From Cycas panzhihuaensis (lineage: Eukaryota > Plantae > Cycadophyta), in contig CM041465.1 in the NCBI GenBank assembly GCA_023213395.1, positions 88,791,741 through 88,855,740 on the forward strand: a stretch of 64,000 nucleotides of DNA. The letters run 5' to 3'. Below are positions 36,801-50,900 of the stretch, piece by piece. The notes beneath the pieces were generated by a model. It had not been told where the DNA came from. It saw only the letters and a list, made by a program, of their open reading frames with translations, and ran no database searches. Within the stretch, counting starts at the first letter, position 1; the number at the start of each line of letters is the position of its first letter. A program made the translations under genes and the position numbers.

Positions 36801-39769
36801 TGCATTTTATCTATTAAAACCTATCCGTAAAAGCTTGGGCTATAAAGTGGTTTCGGTGGTTGCGCGGGTATCAAAGAGTAAACGGATGACTCTATGCTCA
36901 CCCTCCAAGAGAGTGTCGCAATGTTGTGGCTCATTGGGTGGCCTCCTCTAGAGAGACCATAGAAGGCTTTATCTTGCCACCACTCATACCATTCAATTGC
37001 TCTATGCTTCCATAATTTACCTCAGACTTGACCATCAAGGTTGGAAATGATCATGCTAGTAGAGTTGAAGCTATAGTACCTGTGAAGACCACCCAATAAT
37101 CCTTGGCTAGCATAGTGGATGTGTAGCCTTAACAACCTTAAGTTGGCCTTTCTCGCCTTCCCAGAAAACAATCGGCATGATAGCCCGGTGTCAATATTTC
37201 CTCTATAGTGGACTAAGCCCTCACTAGCTAGTTTAATTTTTATTTATTTTTCAAATACATATTTGCCCCTTTGATTCTTTAAATCCCAAGGTTGCTCATT
37301 TCACAATTTTTCCTAGGTGGCACACACTTCATGGTTGCTCAATTGAGTACCCATTTCCAATCATTTTTTGACTCATTCAACATCAACTCAAATGTGAACT
37401 TAATTTCACACACTGCATATGGGTGAGTTTAGGTGGAAACAAAGGGTAGCATTTTTCGCATCAACAAGTGAGGAGACATCTTCAACACAAGATAGTATGC
37501 TATAGCTGTTATGAGATGAAATTAAAAAACTCTGGGTAAAGAAAGTTTGCCATGCCATTGAAAAAACAAAAGAAAGCCTTGAGGTGGAGGCACTACAATG
37601 GGAAATTGCCAAGTTGAAAATTGACTTGTCTCAAGTTTTAGAAGAAGCTAATGGAATACCACAACAAGACTAGATCAAAAAATGCTCGAGGGCAAGAGAG
37701 AAAATGAGAGTACAAGATAGAAGAAAAATGGTGTCATATTTGTGATGCCACAAATACATAATGCCCACAAATGTTATTATAATGCCTAAGAGAATAATAC
37801 TTAAAGCGAGGCAAGGACAAAGATGGTAGGACTCATTTAACATATTCAACCAAGGTGGCACTAGATGCACCTAAGAAGAAGATGTTGATAGGATGATATA
37901 TGTTCCATCTTGAATTTGGGCATTGGAGGTCATAGTGCCCTATGAGAGAAAACAGTACCCACGTCTACGAAATGTGTAGACCCAAGAATCAAGCTTCAGA
38001 GAAATGTCCTCCGATAGTGAAGTTGAAGAGAAATAAAATTCTTACCCATTTGTATTTTAATATATGTAATATATGATGTATTTTATTTTATATTGAGTTA
38101 ACTCAAAGTTAGGTTAGTCATAATTAAGTTAGTTGAGAAACGGTTAGTTAAATTTGTCAAGTTAACAAGTCAATTAGTTAAGTAGTTTAAGGTTGTTCAA
38201 TCACCCTCTTCTAGATTGAGAGGGGCATTTCCATTGTAAAGGTGTGAGTGAATGTATGATTGTTCCAATACACTTGAAGATAATAGAAGAGTACTTTCAA
38301 CTGAATCTCTCGTCAACAATCCCTCTTGAACATTAACTTGGGTGCTCTATTGTGTTTTAGCAAACCAAGTTTCCCAATTGCTTACACATAATTCTTCCAA
38401 GCACTCAAGGAGGGTAACATTCTCCTTTGTGCATGAATCAATGTCTACAACACATCGACCGGGTATCAAAGCTTGTGATCGTGCCTACAATTTGCTTAAG
38501 AGGCCCCAAGCTATAGATCATCATTAGTAAAAAAGAATTATTTCTAGAAATTTGGCAACTGGAAAATGGTCTTGAAGAACAAAAAATAATATTAATAAAA
38601 GAAAAGAATCTACCAATTCCAAATCCATGCACAAAGACGCTACTAAAGATTTGAAATGTGCCCTAAGCGCTTGGCAATGACTAGAAAGCCAAATATGAAA
38701 AGAGGGAAAAGGAAAATATTCAAAGGAAAAATTTTGTTGAAGCTCTCAATACGAGAGACACCTACCAAATGAGAGACACATTTGATGCCCTATCCAATTG
38801 TTGAACTAGAGAAGAGACGATAAGATGGCCTAGTCATCTACTCATCCACATAGAGAAGAAGAAATAGTCGAATCATAGATGAGCTGTTGCCAAACATGCA
38901 TGAAGACTTGCCACATCGAAAATCAAGCAGATCAAGATCAAAGCCCCAAACGAGTTTGCGAAAAACCCATGCAGAGGAACATTGCTAGAAGGAAATTGAC
39001 ATCGCACAAACAAGATCTCTCATCACCTATTGTGGAAGAGAATCAATGCCCAAACGAGAACTATGCGCTTCATTGCTAGAAATCGACACCAATGCCAATA
39101 CGAAACCTCCATAGAGCCATATGAAAACCTCGCCATGAAGTGTACAAGCAACAAAGATCAGAATTGCCATCAAAATTTGTGAATAGAAAATTTGGAGAAA
39201 TCACAGAGGTTTGAAATTTTTTGAATTTTCAAGGGATTTGCCTAAAAATTAAAAACAGTATATGCTTTTTCAAACTAGCATATTCTCATTTAAATTAAAG
39301 GAGAAAAAAACTTATGTGTGTTATTTTCTATTACAAAACTATATTTCTGCAATCTAAGAGGATTAAGATTCAAAAAGATTTCTCATTTCTAAAATCTAAA
39401 GGGGGTCTATTCCAAAAAAGTGTCATTCTTGAAATTTGAAAGTGCAAAATTGGAAATTTATCATTGATTTTGCTAATTGGGAAACGTGACCAAGGGGAAA
39501 GATAACTAAAAAACATTAAAAAGGTCGATTGGAAATTGTGCAAACCACATAAACACATTTTAATCAAGGTCCCATATGGAAACAAGAACTTGTAATAGGA
39601 AATTTTAAAATGCTAACACTTAGCATAAAGTTGTCAATAATTAACATAGTGATGCTTATAAATGCATTTAAGCCAAAATTTGTGAGACTAGTTTTTGAGC
39701 TTTCCTCTTCATGGCACATCATGCCTTGTAGGGATAAGCATGCATCCTCAAAAAAAGAAATGATGGAGG

Positions 39770-42538
39770 ATACCAAAATGGATCCTACCCAAAGAAGGTC
39801 TGAGAATTCTTCTAGCATTTGCATGGATAATGGAAATTGCACTACAATGTCAAGGTAATGGCCAAGCACAAGTGATGCAAAATTTGATGGTGATGTTCCA
39901 ATAAATCATGGCCCAACAACACAACAAATTTTATAGTTCAACAAACTCAAAGAAAATCAATTGACTAAGATTCCCACAACAATCCCTCTCCAACAATCAC
40001 AATTCAAATTGGATGCAGATCACTATAACAAAATTTACCAACACCATAAATCCCACAACACAGATAGTTGGACCTTTGAGGCATACTTTAAATATGACAA
40101 TCTAAAAAAGGAGCAAAAGATTATTGTAATAGAGATACATATGTTGGAGGAGCAAGCACAAGTTTAGTAGAAAACATATGTCAAAACACATCCAACAATC
40201 ATCAGGTCGAACAATTTCAAACAAGCCTTCCAAACTCAATATTGCCTAGTTAGGTATGCAAACAAAAGAGAAAAGAAGTAGTTGCAACCACGACAATGGG
40301 TTGGACAATCTGTCCAATAATACATAGATATTTTCAACGTGATAATCATCATGATAGAATCTAAGGGCTCTAAGCACACCCTCAAGCTCAATTTCTCAAG
40401 TGGCACATTTACTTCTCTGCAACCGTAACTAGATCTTATAAAAATCTCTTCTTTGGATGAATCCTTTTAGTATGCACTGAAAGTTGAAAACAAGCTACAT
40501 AAGCACCAACCTACAAAATCCTAGTAGCATCAACAACAACCACAATGGCCAATAAAACAACCTTTTATTCGAGAAAGAAAGTAACAAGAGCAAAGCCTCC
40601 CAACCTCAAGAACCCCACTAAACAACACTTGCTACATCCACATCAAGAACAGAAAGCAAAGCTCCGCAAATGTATTGCACACTGCATGATATGAGGAAGC
40701 ACTCCAATGAAGAATGTAGGAAGAAGAAAGCGCAATATAAAGCCAAAGCCAAGACCTCAATAGTGGAAGATGTAGGCACATTAAGTGCTACAATGGAGGA
40801 GACAACAATACTAGCCACTAATCAAACGGTGCATGGCCCCAACTTGGTCCTCCTAGCTAAAAATTATAATGCCTTAGAAAGAGAAGCTTTATTCACCTAA
40901 AATTGTCAAATGTATCATCGATAATGGTAGCATTAAAAATCTTGTATCTAATCAACAAGTTACAGATTTGAATCTCCCTACAAAGCCCCATCCTCTCCCC
41001 TATACCCTTGGTTGGGTTTAAAAAGGAGAAGGTATGCAAACTAGAATTGATAGAGTCTACCATGTGACATTTGCAATGAAGCCCTTTGTGGACACAATTG
41101 TTTGTGATGTAGCCCCCATGGATTGCTATCAAATTTTGTGAGGAAGACACTATCAACACGATAAAAGAGCAGTATACCATGGGAAAACACATACCTATTA
41201 GTTATACAAGGATCAAATAGATTATCAACTCCAATCCTCCTCCTCTCAAATAGCCTTAAACACCAACCCACAAGCATTTAAAATCGCTAGAGCTGTTGAA
41301 AGAGAACATTGTCTTGCTAGTGAGACAAGCGGAGAACTCACTAGAGCCTTGACAAAATGCTCACCATCCACAAGTGTAGAAGCTTTTGGATGGTTATTCC
41401 AATGTCTTTGAGCCACCTAGGAATCTTCCTCCTATTTGGGCAATCCAACATGGCATTGATATGCTTCCCAGATCCATTCTGCCCAATGGACCACTATTCA
41501 AAACTTCAATTCTAGATTGTGGAAAATAAGAGCTTGAACTCGAGGAGTTCATAGAAGAACGACAGATTCAACCAAGTTCCTCTCCATGCGACTCCCCAAT
41601 GCTTTTGGCTTTGAAAAGGGATAGAACTTGGAGACTATGCATTGACTTCAAAGCACTAAATCACACTGCAGTTAAAAGCCATTATCTACTACCCTACATC
41701 AATGGTCTGCTAGATGAGCTATAAGGGAAAAAATACTTCCCAAAACTTGGTCTAGCATAATAGAGCTTCAAACTTGGAAGATCGGTATGTTTGACCCTTT
41801 CTGGAAATTTGTCATTCATTTCAAGAACATTTGATAAAAGCAATGAAAAGCAAATGTTACCTTGGGCAAGAAATAGTTTCCTATTTGGGAAATATTGTGG
41901 ATTCACAAGGCATTCATGTAAATCTCAAAACGCCTAGGCCATTCTCACCGGCCACTACTCAAGGGTTTGATTGATCTCCATAGTTTCTTACACTATACAA
42001 GATTCTACAGAAACTTATTCACAGGCATGCAAATATCACACATACACTTTACACTCTCACAAAGAACAAAGTAATGTTTAATTGGGGACCTACTCATAAT
42101 TCCACCTTTGATTGGTTGAAGAACACCCTATGCATAACTGAAGTTCTTACACTCCTGGATTTGTAAAAAGCCTTTCGAAATTAAGATTGACATCTCCCAA
42201 GTGGCCATGGAAGCAATCGTTAAGCAAGGAAACACCACGTCACCCATCACACAAAAACATTTTCATAGGCAAAGCCAAATTACAACACATATGGCAAGGA
42301 GTTCTATGTCCTTATTCAAAACATTAAGTACTAGCATCATTATCTTTTAAGCAAGGAAAGTATAACCCATATGGATCATTGGCTACTTTAGCCTCTACAC
42401 GCACTAAGCCATATTCAAGAGCACCACCATGTGCGATGGGCTTCATACTTGCAACAGTGTCATTTAGTGATCAAATAGAAAAAAATGACTACCAACAAAG
42501 TACCAAATTTTTTCAATGGACCCCAAGTTCATACATTA
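39770..42538 (+). pseudogene. CRM-like gag-PR-RT-RH (heavily decayed, part of RT missing)
   Basis: WRLCIDFKALN; YGKEFYVLIQ; continues at 56562 across TSD CATTA. Confidence 0.8.
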
Positions 42539-42772
42539 TATGACGGAACAATTCCGTTACTGAAGAAGAAAATCAAATAATTGAGCATGCACGAACACTG
42601 GATAATCAAATAATTAGATTATATTGAATTGAATGAGAATTGATTGTATATATTACTTTTGGGGTCCAATTTATATGCAAAGCGTGCCCTTTTTAGGAAA
42701 GGTTATGTCCTTTCAATGATACCTATTTATTTAAACAAATGATAATTAACCCCTTTAATGAGGTTCATAACA
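42539..42772 (-). repeat. 3' LTR of G2
   Basis: ~232-bp repeat of 56331-56561. Confidence 0.92.
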
Positions 42773-42779
42773 ATTCCTC

Positions 42780-45700
42780 CCTCTTAAGATGTTTCGCCCA
42801 TGAAACTTTTTTTTTTCAAATCAGGATAAAGTTTGATAAAATCGGAGGATTCCTGTGAAGCATCTTCAAGGGCAAATATTTCCATTTAATCGTGTATTCG
42901 CGAATAGTCTTTGACCGCGTAGATGTTCTCAAACTTCAAGGATATCTTCCGTAATAAGATTAATTTGCCTTCTTCATCTAAGAGGGGTAATTATGTCTGT
43001 ACACATACATGATTTCCAATTTTCTTTTTGAGACACGATACATGAAATACATTGTGTAATTTAGAAGTTGGAAGTTCTAAGGCATAGGCCACTTCTCCAA
43101 TTTTCTGTTTAACCTGAAAAGACCATAAAATCGAGGACTCAATTTCTCCTTTTGAGAATTGTTTAATGATGTTTGTTTGTATGGTTGCAGCCTTCATAGA
43201 CCCAATCCCCAAGTTTCAATATTCTTTCTGTACGATGTTTATCGGCTTGTTGTTTCATACGGTTTCTTGCTTCTTCTAAATGTTGCTTTAATATTTGAAT
43301 TGTGTTTTGTGATTCATGGAGGTAATCATGAACTGCTAGAACCTTATTATCCTTCCTTAACCAATCTTTTAATTGAGTTGGTTAATAGCCGTACAATGCC
43401 TAATATGGGGTCATTTTAATGGATGAATAGTAAGAAGAATTAAACCAAGCTTCAGCTAAATGTATCCATTTGACCCACGAATTTTGTTTATCTGCTACAT
43501 AATTTCGCAAATAATTCTCTAAACATTTGTTAACCGCTTCAGTTTGTCCATCTGTTTATGGATGATAACTGGTACTCATCTCCAGTTTTGTACCCACTTG
43601 CTGAAACATTTCTTGCTAGAAATGACTTAAGAATTTGGGATCTCTATCGCTAATAATGGTCTGCGGAAATCCATGTAATTTGTGAATTTCTTTGACAAAT
43701 ACTCTGGCCAGTTGCTGAGCTTTATAATTAGATTGAATGGGTATAAAGTGAGCAAATTTTGTTAAACGATCCACGATCACGTAAATAGCATCTTCCCTTC
43801 TGATTTTGGTAAACCGGTAATAAAATCCATGCTAATACTTTCCCATTTTTCTTGCAGAATAGGAAGAGGCTGGAGCAGTCCAGGAGTAGCAGTACATTCA
43901 TATTTATTGACTTGGCACACTATGCATTCAGATACAAATTTCTTAATGTCCATTTTCATTCCCTTCCAAAAAAATGATTGTTTGGCTCGAAGATAAGTTT
44001 TATAAAATCCTTCATGACCTGTTGTGGGTACTATATGTGCTTCATTTAATATCTTGGTACAGAAAGTTGAGTTTGCACCTAAGAATATCTGTCCTTTATA
44101 CCACAAAATATCATTCTTCCATTTGATTTCGTCTTCCTTTCCTAGTTGAATTCTTAGAATAAGTTGTTGAATGTCAAGATCTTTCACATATTCTTATTGT
44201 AATTCCATGATCCACGCTGGTTCTATTATTGAAACGGCCTTTAACTGAGATTCTGCATTTTCTTCATCTTTCCGGGACAACGCATCAGCCACCACATTAG
44301 TTTTACCCTTATTGTATGTTATGTCAAAATCAAATGCTTGAATTTTACTTATCCACTTCTGTTGTTCCGGGGATAATTCTTTTTGTTTTAACAAATATTG
44401 CAAACTATTATGATCTGTCTTGACTATAAATTTACTACCTAATAGATAATCGACGCCATTTAACCAAGGTGTGTATAATGGCCAACATTTCCTTATCATA
44501 GGTAGATTTGAGAATTTCTCTGTTGTTTAGCTTTCTACTCTCAAATGCGATGGGTTTACCCTCTTGCAACAAGATCGCACCGATTCCTATTCTGTTGCAT
44601 TGCATTCTATTATGAAAATTTTAGAAAATCAGTGATGTTAGCATCGGTAATTAAGTCACAATTTGCTTAACTTGTTCGAAATACCTTGTCGCTTCTTCAT
44701 TCCATTGAAAAGAATCTTTTAATAAACAAGTTAAGGCGCTTGTTCTCTGTGCATAATTTTTAACAAACGTCGATAATATCCTCGTTAATCCTAAAATCCT
44801 CGTAGTTTCGTAATATTTTTAAGTATCGGCCATTCTTGAATTGCCTTAACTTTCCTCGGATCAGCTCTAATACCTTCTTTTGATATAAGATGACCAAGAT
44901 ATTCTATTTCTTCCATTCCAAAATAACATTTTGTTTTATTAGCATAAAATTTTTGTTCCTTCACTGTGCTCAATACTTGGTCTAGATGGTTCATGTGTTC
45001 TTACCATTGTTTACTGAAAATTAATATGTCGTCAAAGAAGACTAAGACAAACTTTCGCAAGAAGGGTTTCAAAACTTGATTCATTGTAGCTTGGAATGTG
45101 GCTGGTGCATTGGTTAGGCCAAAGGGCATCACCTTAAATTCATAATGACCATGGTGTGTACTGAAAGTTGTTTTGTACGTATCTTCTAGTTTAATACTAA
45201 TTTGATTGTAACCCGATTTTAAATCTATTTTTGAAAAATATTATGCTCCTTGTAATTCGCCTAATAGACCATCGATCCTTGGTATAGGAAATTTATTTTT
45301 TATTGTAGTTTTATTTAGTGCTCGGTAGTCTATACACATACGATAAGATCCGTCTTTTTTTCTTACCAAGATTACAGGAGCGCAACGGGCTTTTACTAGG
45401 GGTTATCACTCCTAGGTCTAAATAATTCTTGTACGATTTTTCAATCTCATTCGATAATGATGTGGTTGTTTATAGGGTCGATAAAAATTGGATTAGTACA
45501 CTTCCACTCAATTTGATGTCCAAATCCCTATCCTAAAGAATTCGCTGGGATATTTTGGAAAACTTCTTTATGTTTTAAGACGACCATTTGAAGTTCATTT
45601 TCTTATGTAGTTGGCTTAATTTACACTGGATTGAAAAAAATTGAGCCATCATACCGTGAGAGCCTTTCTTGATTAACTTTTCCAATCGCTTTTGGATATT

Positions 45701-47372
45701 AGTTGGCTATTCCTAGGTTTCTCCCCTTGAAGGATGATAGTTCTTCCGTCTTTCTTATATCTCATAAATAATTCTTCAAGATTCATTTCAAAAGTTCCTA
45801 AAGTTCTTAACCATTGACTTCCCAGAACAATATCTACTCCACCAATATCTAATACATAAAAATTTTCTTTAAGAATGACATTGCCAATTGAGATTTAAGG
45901 TTTTCCATCATTCGTTGTCCCAATATAACTTGGCGTCCCCCAACACTCACTTGAAAGGGTGTCATTCTAGATGGAAACAGCTTTTAATCAAGGTTTATAT
46001 TCTATCAATAAAATTATGAGTACTTTCGGGATCGATCAAAATTGTAATAACCTGATTTTTAATAAATACTCGTAGTTTAAGCGTATCAGATCTTGTCAAA
46101 CCACTCATAGTTGAGAATGACATTTTTAAGATGTCCTTCTCTTGGTTATATTGGTATTCTTGAGTTTCAAGAATATTTTCTTGGCCACTCTCTATATCAT
46201 CTTCTTCTTCAATTTCCTCATTTTTTGCGACCGGGGATAATTCAATTGTATATAACTAATTTTTCTGACATTTGTGATACGGTGTCCACTTTTCGACACA
46301 CCTGAAATAGAAATTCTTTTTCCGTAATTCTTATTGCTCGACTCTTGTCCTTTGAAGTAGTGGTTTAGCTAGTTCAGTAACTCTACTAGGTACTAGACCA
46401 GGTCATATTGTTGAAGGAGGACTAGAACGAGCATAAGGAGGAATATAGGGTCTTGTTCTTGCTCTTCATAATTCATTAACCTTTCCTTCATGTATTTTGG
46501 CAAGTTGTATTGCTTTATTCAAATCCTGTGGTTCTTGAATCTTGAAGTCTGCTTAGATTTCAATGGTTAAGCCATCTATATATAATTATATAAGTCGATT
46601 CATGGACATGTCTTCTAAAACATAACTTAATTTTGTGAATGTTGCAATTGTATTCTTCCATAGATCCTATTTGTTTTAATCTTCGTAATTCACAATAATA
46701 ATCACGATTAGAATCTGCCTCAAACCATTCGATGAATAAACGCACAAATTCTTCCCGGGTTGGAAGTTGAGTTCGAAAAGCAGTTTGTTCAAGACACTGC
46801 CACCATTCACACGCTATCCCATCCATATGCAGGGTGGCTAACGGGACTTGCTCTGCTGGATCAATTTCTATTAAGTGAAAGTAGTTTCCCATTTGTTGGA
46901 TCCACACTGACGGCTCATGCGATTTTTACTCCATATTGAAACATTGTATAGTTATTTTTTCCAACTTTTTCTTTTTCTGTGTTTGGATACTTTGTAAGCA
47001 ATTGAAGTATGCTTGAAAACCCACTATCTTCTATTCTTCAGGTGATAAATTATGGTATTCATTAAGATACTTTCTGATAGCCTCATTTTCCAAATTAATT
47101 GGAGATATCTGAGGTCCCAACTGATTCCTTATAGTTTGATGTCTGACATGTGATTGACGACTCATTGCTTCGTTTTCTGAATCCAGCACAATCATATCCT
47201 CCTTTCTACTTGTTGCTATAATTGTTAGTTTATCCAAAATTTGGTGTAAAGTATGATTCAAGAGAGCATTTGATGTTTGGACCGCGCTATCGACTGCTTG
47301 AGTGATTGGTTCGACAATATCTTTTTGAACGATGTTGTCCGCCATATCTTCAATGTTCATTATTTTAATGAT
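42780..47372 (-). pseudogene. G2 gag-pol with chromodomain
   Basis: ORF pieces: gag 46560-46907; [11 protein letters not shown] and 44791-44994; RH 44194-44499; INT 43777-44187; HNVFHVSCLKK; REYTIKWK...EDAS. Confidence 0.93.
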
Positions 47373-47417
47373 GGTGTAAGTACCATTCCACTGTTTTTCT
47401 GTCGTGATTGGTTGACC

Positions 47418-47970
47418 TGTGAAAAGAGGCTAGATGGCCTCACAGTCCCAAGATCTAGAAACTAGGATCACTCTAGTTCTAGAAGCACAAATACTAACAA
47501 GTATGATATTCTCAAGGTAAAGAGAAAGCATAAGAGACAAAGCATAAATGAAGGAGCAAGAGAAAATGATACCCAATATGTGGAGTTGGAATTGGTCCAA
47601 CCTCCAAAGAATAACCAATTTGATTAGCAAACTGACAGCATAACAATACAACTCCAACTCTCTTATGAGACAATGAGAAGAGGTCTCATTATATAGAGTG
47701 AGATGAGAGACCTAAGGCCTTGGATGTTTGACAAATGTCAAACATCCAAGATACATGCCTTGCATGTAGGACATGTGTCCTTTTGGGCTCTCATGTGAGC
47801 AAAAAGCATGAGGGTCCATTTGACCCTTTAGTGACAACGTTGTGTCACTAGAAAGAATGTGGGTATGCACTTTATCACTTAAGTGATAAGTCACCCCTAA
47901 AGTACAAAAGTACACATATTACATAAAAATTAAAGTACAATATCTTAACATGTAAACATAAGGTTTAACA
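47418..47970 (-). repeat. 3' LTR of D
   Basis: Near-identical to 54529-55059. Confidence 0.96.
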
Positions 47971-47984
47971 CCCCCCCTTACTGT

Positions 47985-50900
47985 TTACAATGTTAAGTCC
48001 GACACAAGACCATCTACGAATTTTACAAACTTTTCTCTACCAAGAGGCTTGGTAAATATGTCCTGTCGCTCCTCCTCAGAGGTCCATCGGAGGTTGATCT
48101 CACCATTACGCACATGCTCGATGAAGTGATGGTGAACCTCTCGATTTGTTTTGTCCGCGCATGAAAACTAGATTCTTAGCTAACTTGAGCACACTTTGAT
48201 TGTCACAATGTATCCCGTGGGGTGACCCCGCCAAGTCCAAGTTCCCAAGAACTGGTCGTAGCCGATAGCCTCACAAGGCTACCGACCGTAGCTTTGTACC
48301 GCCCGGTGGAGGACAAGGTAACATTGGGTTGCTTCTTGCAACTCCACGAAACAATCAACAACCAAGGGAAAACAAGATCCAAGGGTTGATCTCCGCTATC
48401 TTGGCAACTCGCCTAATCGAATCGAGAACCCTTCCAAAGTGAAGTTCTCATTATGTGCATACTCAAGGCCATGCCGCAATGTGCCTTTGATGTACTTAAG
48501 TATGCTATCGCATTCCAATGTATCCGATTGATTGAGACATGTATCGTGAGCAAATCCCAACCAGAAATGAAATGTCCGTCGAGTGTTGGTGAGATAAATA
48601 AGACTCCCAATCAATCGCCAAGAAAGTGTGGATCTCGGCTTCCTCATTAAGAGTAAGATTAGATCCACTCTCCATTGGTGTAGGCGCCGGTTTACAACAG
48701 ACATCCCGAATCAAGCAAAATGTCCCAAGAATATTTCGCTTGGGAGATGAAGATATAGCCCGTCATTGCCATATCTCAAAGCCTAAAAAGTAATGGAGAA
48801 GTCCAAGATCCGCTATCTCGAAACTTCTTCAAGTCATCTTGAGAATGTGAATCATGTTAGTGTCACTACCAAAGTGATCACTAAGTCGCCTACATACAAG
48901 GCAACAAAATGACATGGTTCTTTTCATGTTTTATATATGATTAGGATCTCAAGTAGATCGATGAAACCCGTGTCTCAAGAAGTAATCATTGATCTTTGAG
49001 TACCATGCTCTTGGAGCTTGTGTCAAGCCATATAACGCCTTTTTTAGGCGATATACAAAATGCTCCTTGCCTTGTACTTTGTATCCGGAGGTTGCTCCAA
49101 ATATACCTCCTCCTCAAGATCGCCATTAAGAAAGGCGCTCTTCACGTCCATCGATAAACCGCCATTTGCATTGAGCACTAAGGCCAAAATGAGTCTCGAT
49201 TGTGTTCATATTCGCCACTGGTGCAAAAGTTTCCCCATAGTCTATGCCTTCTTTTTGTTTAAATCCTTTTGCTACAAGGCGGGCCTTCTGCCTTTTAAGT
49301 GAACCATCAAAATGGAATTTGGTCTTGTAGACCCATTTGCAACTGATTGCCTGTTTGTGTTTAGGCAATTCAACCAAATTTCAAATACCATTCTTTTCAA
49401 TAGAATGAATTTCTTCATCCATGGCGACCTTTCCAATTTTCATTTTGGAAGCCTCCTCAAAAGTGGAAGGCTCATCAACACAAAGCACTTCAGCCATAAG
49501 TGCATAATTGGTTTGCTGCCAATATTTAGATGGACGTTTTCCTTCAATGATGTGCCGCCTTGAACTGCTCGAGTGTACCATTTTGGCAACTTTTGAATCA
49601 AAGTTACTTGAACCTCAAGATCTTCTGGTCTGAGTGGTTGGTCAACAGAAGATGTGCTTGGATCAAGTGGAGCAAATTCAGTTGAAGTAGACGGTCCAGT
49701 AAGTGCAAATGATGTACATGGTGTAGAAGATTGAGAGGAAGGAAGGCCTCAACAATCTTCTTGCCTTTGTCAATGGGAGGTTACATGGATCTTTTTGCAA
49801 CTCCTTGTGATCTCCTTCAAGAAAGATGACATCTCTTGAGAGATGCATTTTCTTTCCTATGGGATCATACAACTTGTAGGCTTTCTTTGTGAATGGCATA
49901 TCCTACAAAGATGCATTTCAGACTATGCTTGTCTAATTTCTTCCTTTGATCGTGAAAGTGCATATAAGCAATGCACCCAAAAGTCCTCAAATGGTCGACA
50001 AGAGACTTTTGCCGACCATGCCTCCTCGGGTGTCATGTTGGTGACTTGTAGTAGAATGCGATTGGCACACATAGGCACTGTGGTGAAATGCTTCCGCAAG
50101 AAGCTCGAGTGAGTCCTTGTGCATGCATCATTGCTTTGGCTTTATTGGCCAACGTTCGCTCATTCGCTCGTAGACTCCATTTTGTTAAGAGTGTGAGATA
50201 TAGTCAGTTGTCTCCGAATGCCATTATCCTTGCAGTATTGGGTGAATTCATTTGATGTAAATTCACCTCCATTGTCTGTCCTTAAGGTTTTGATTGAGTG
50301 GCCAGACTCATTTTCCACTTCAAGCTTGAATTCTTTGAACTTGGAAAATGCTTCAGATTTGTGTTTTATGAAATAGACCCAGACTTTGTGAGAAAAGTCA
50401 TCAATGAAGGAGATGTAATACAAAGCTCCTCCAAAAGATGCTGTGGACATAGGTCCACACAAATTCAAATGTACCGACTGCAAAGGATGTGATGCACGCC
50501 ATGCTTTGCCTTTAGGGAAAGGCAAGCGATGTTGAATTCTATAATGCACGCTTCACAAAGACATTTTGTTCCATAAATCTTAGGAAGCCCATGTACCATG
50601 TTCTTGTTGATCATCCGCCTCAAATTATCTAAGCTCAAATGGCCTAGACATTGATGCCAAAGTTGCATCTTAGACAAGCAAGGAGTGACAATGGAACCAG
50701 TAAGTAGAATCAAGTGTTATATTATTTGCATCCAATTTGTAGAGGCCTTGATCCTTATAGCCACTACTACTTGGTCTTCTTTGTCACCGATTATACATTT
50801 CCCATTTCGAACAATACACTCATCCGTTGCTTGTCCAATTTGCTAACAGATAGTAAGTTTTTGTCCATTGAAGATATTAAATAGGCATTGCCATCGGGAA

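Noticed and set aside
37400-38030. Coiled-coil-like peptide remnant
   Set aside because: Multiple stops and no recognisable domain.
47430-47657. Duplicated 75-aa hydrophobic ORF (also 54541-54768)
   Set aside because: Lies inside the two near-identical LTRs of D and is not conserved in the related E LTR.
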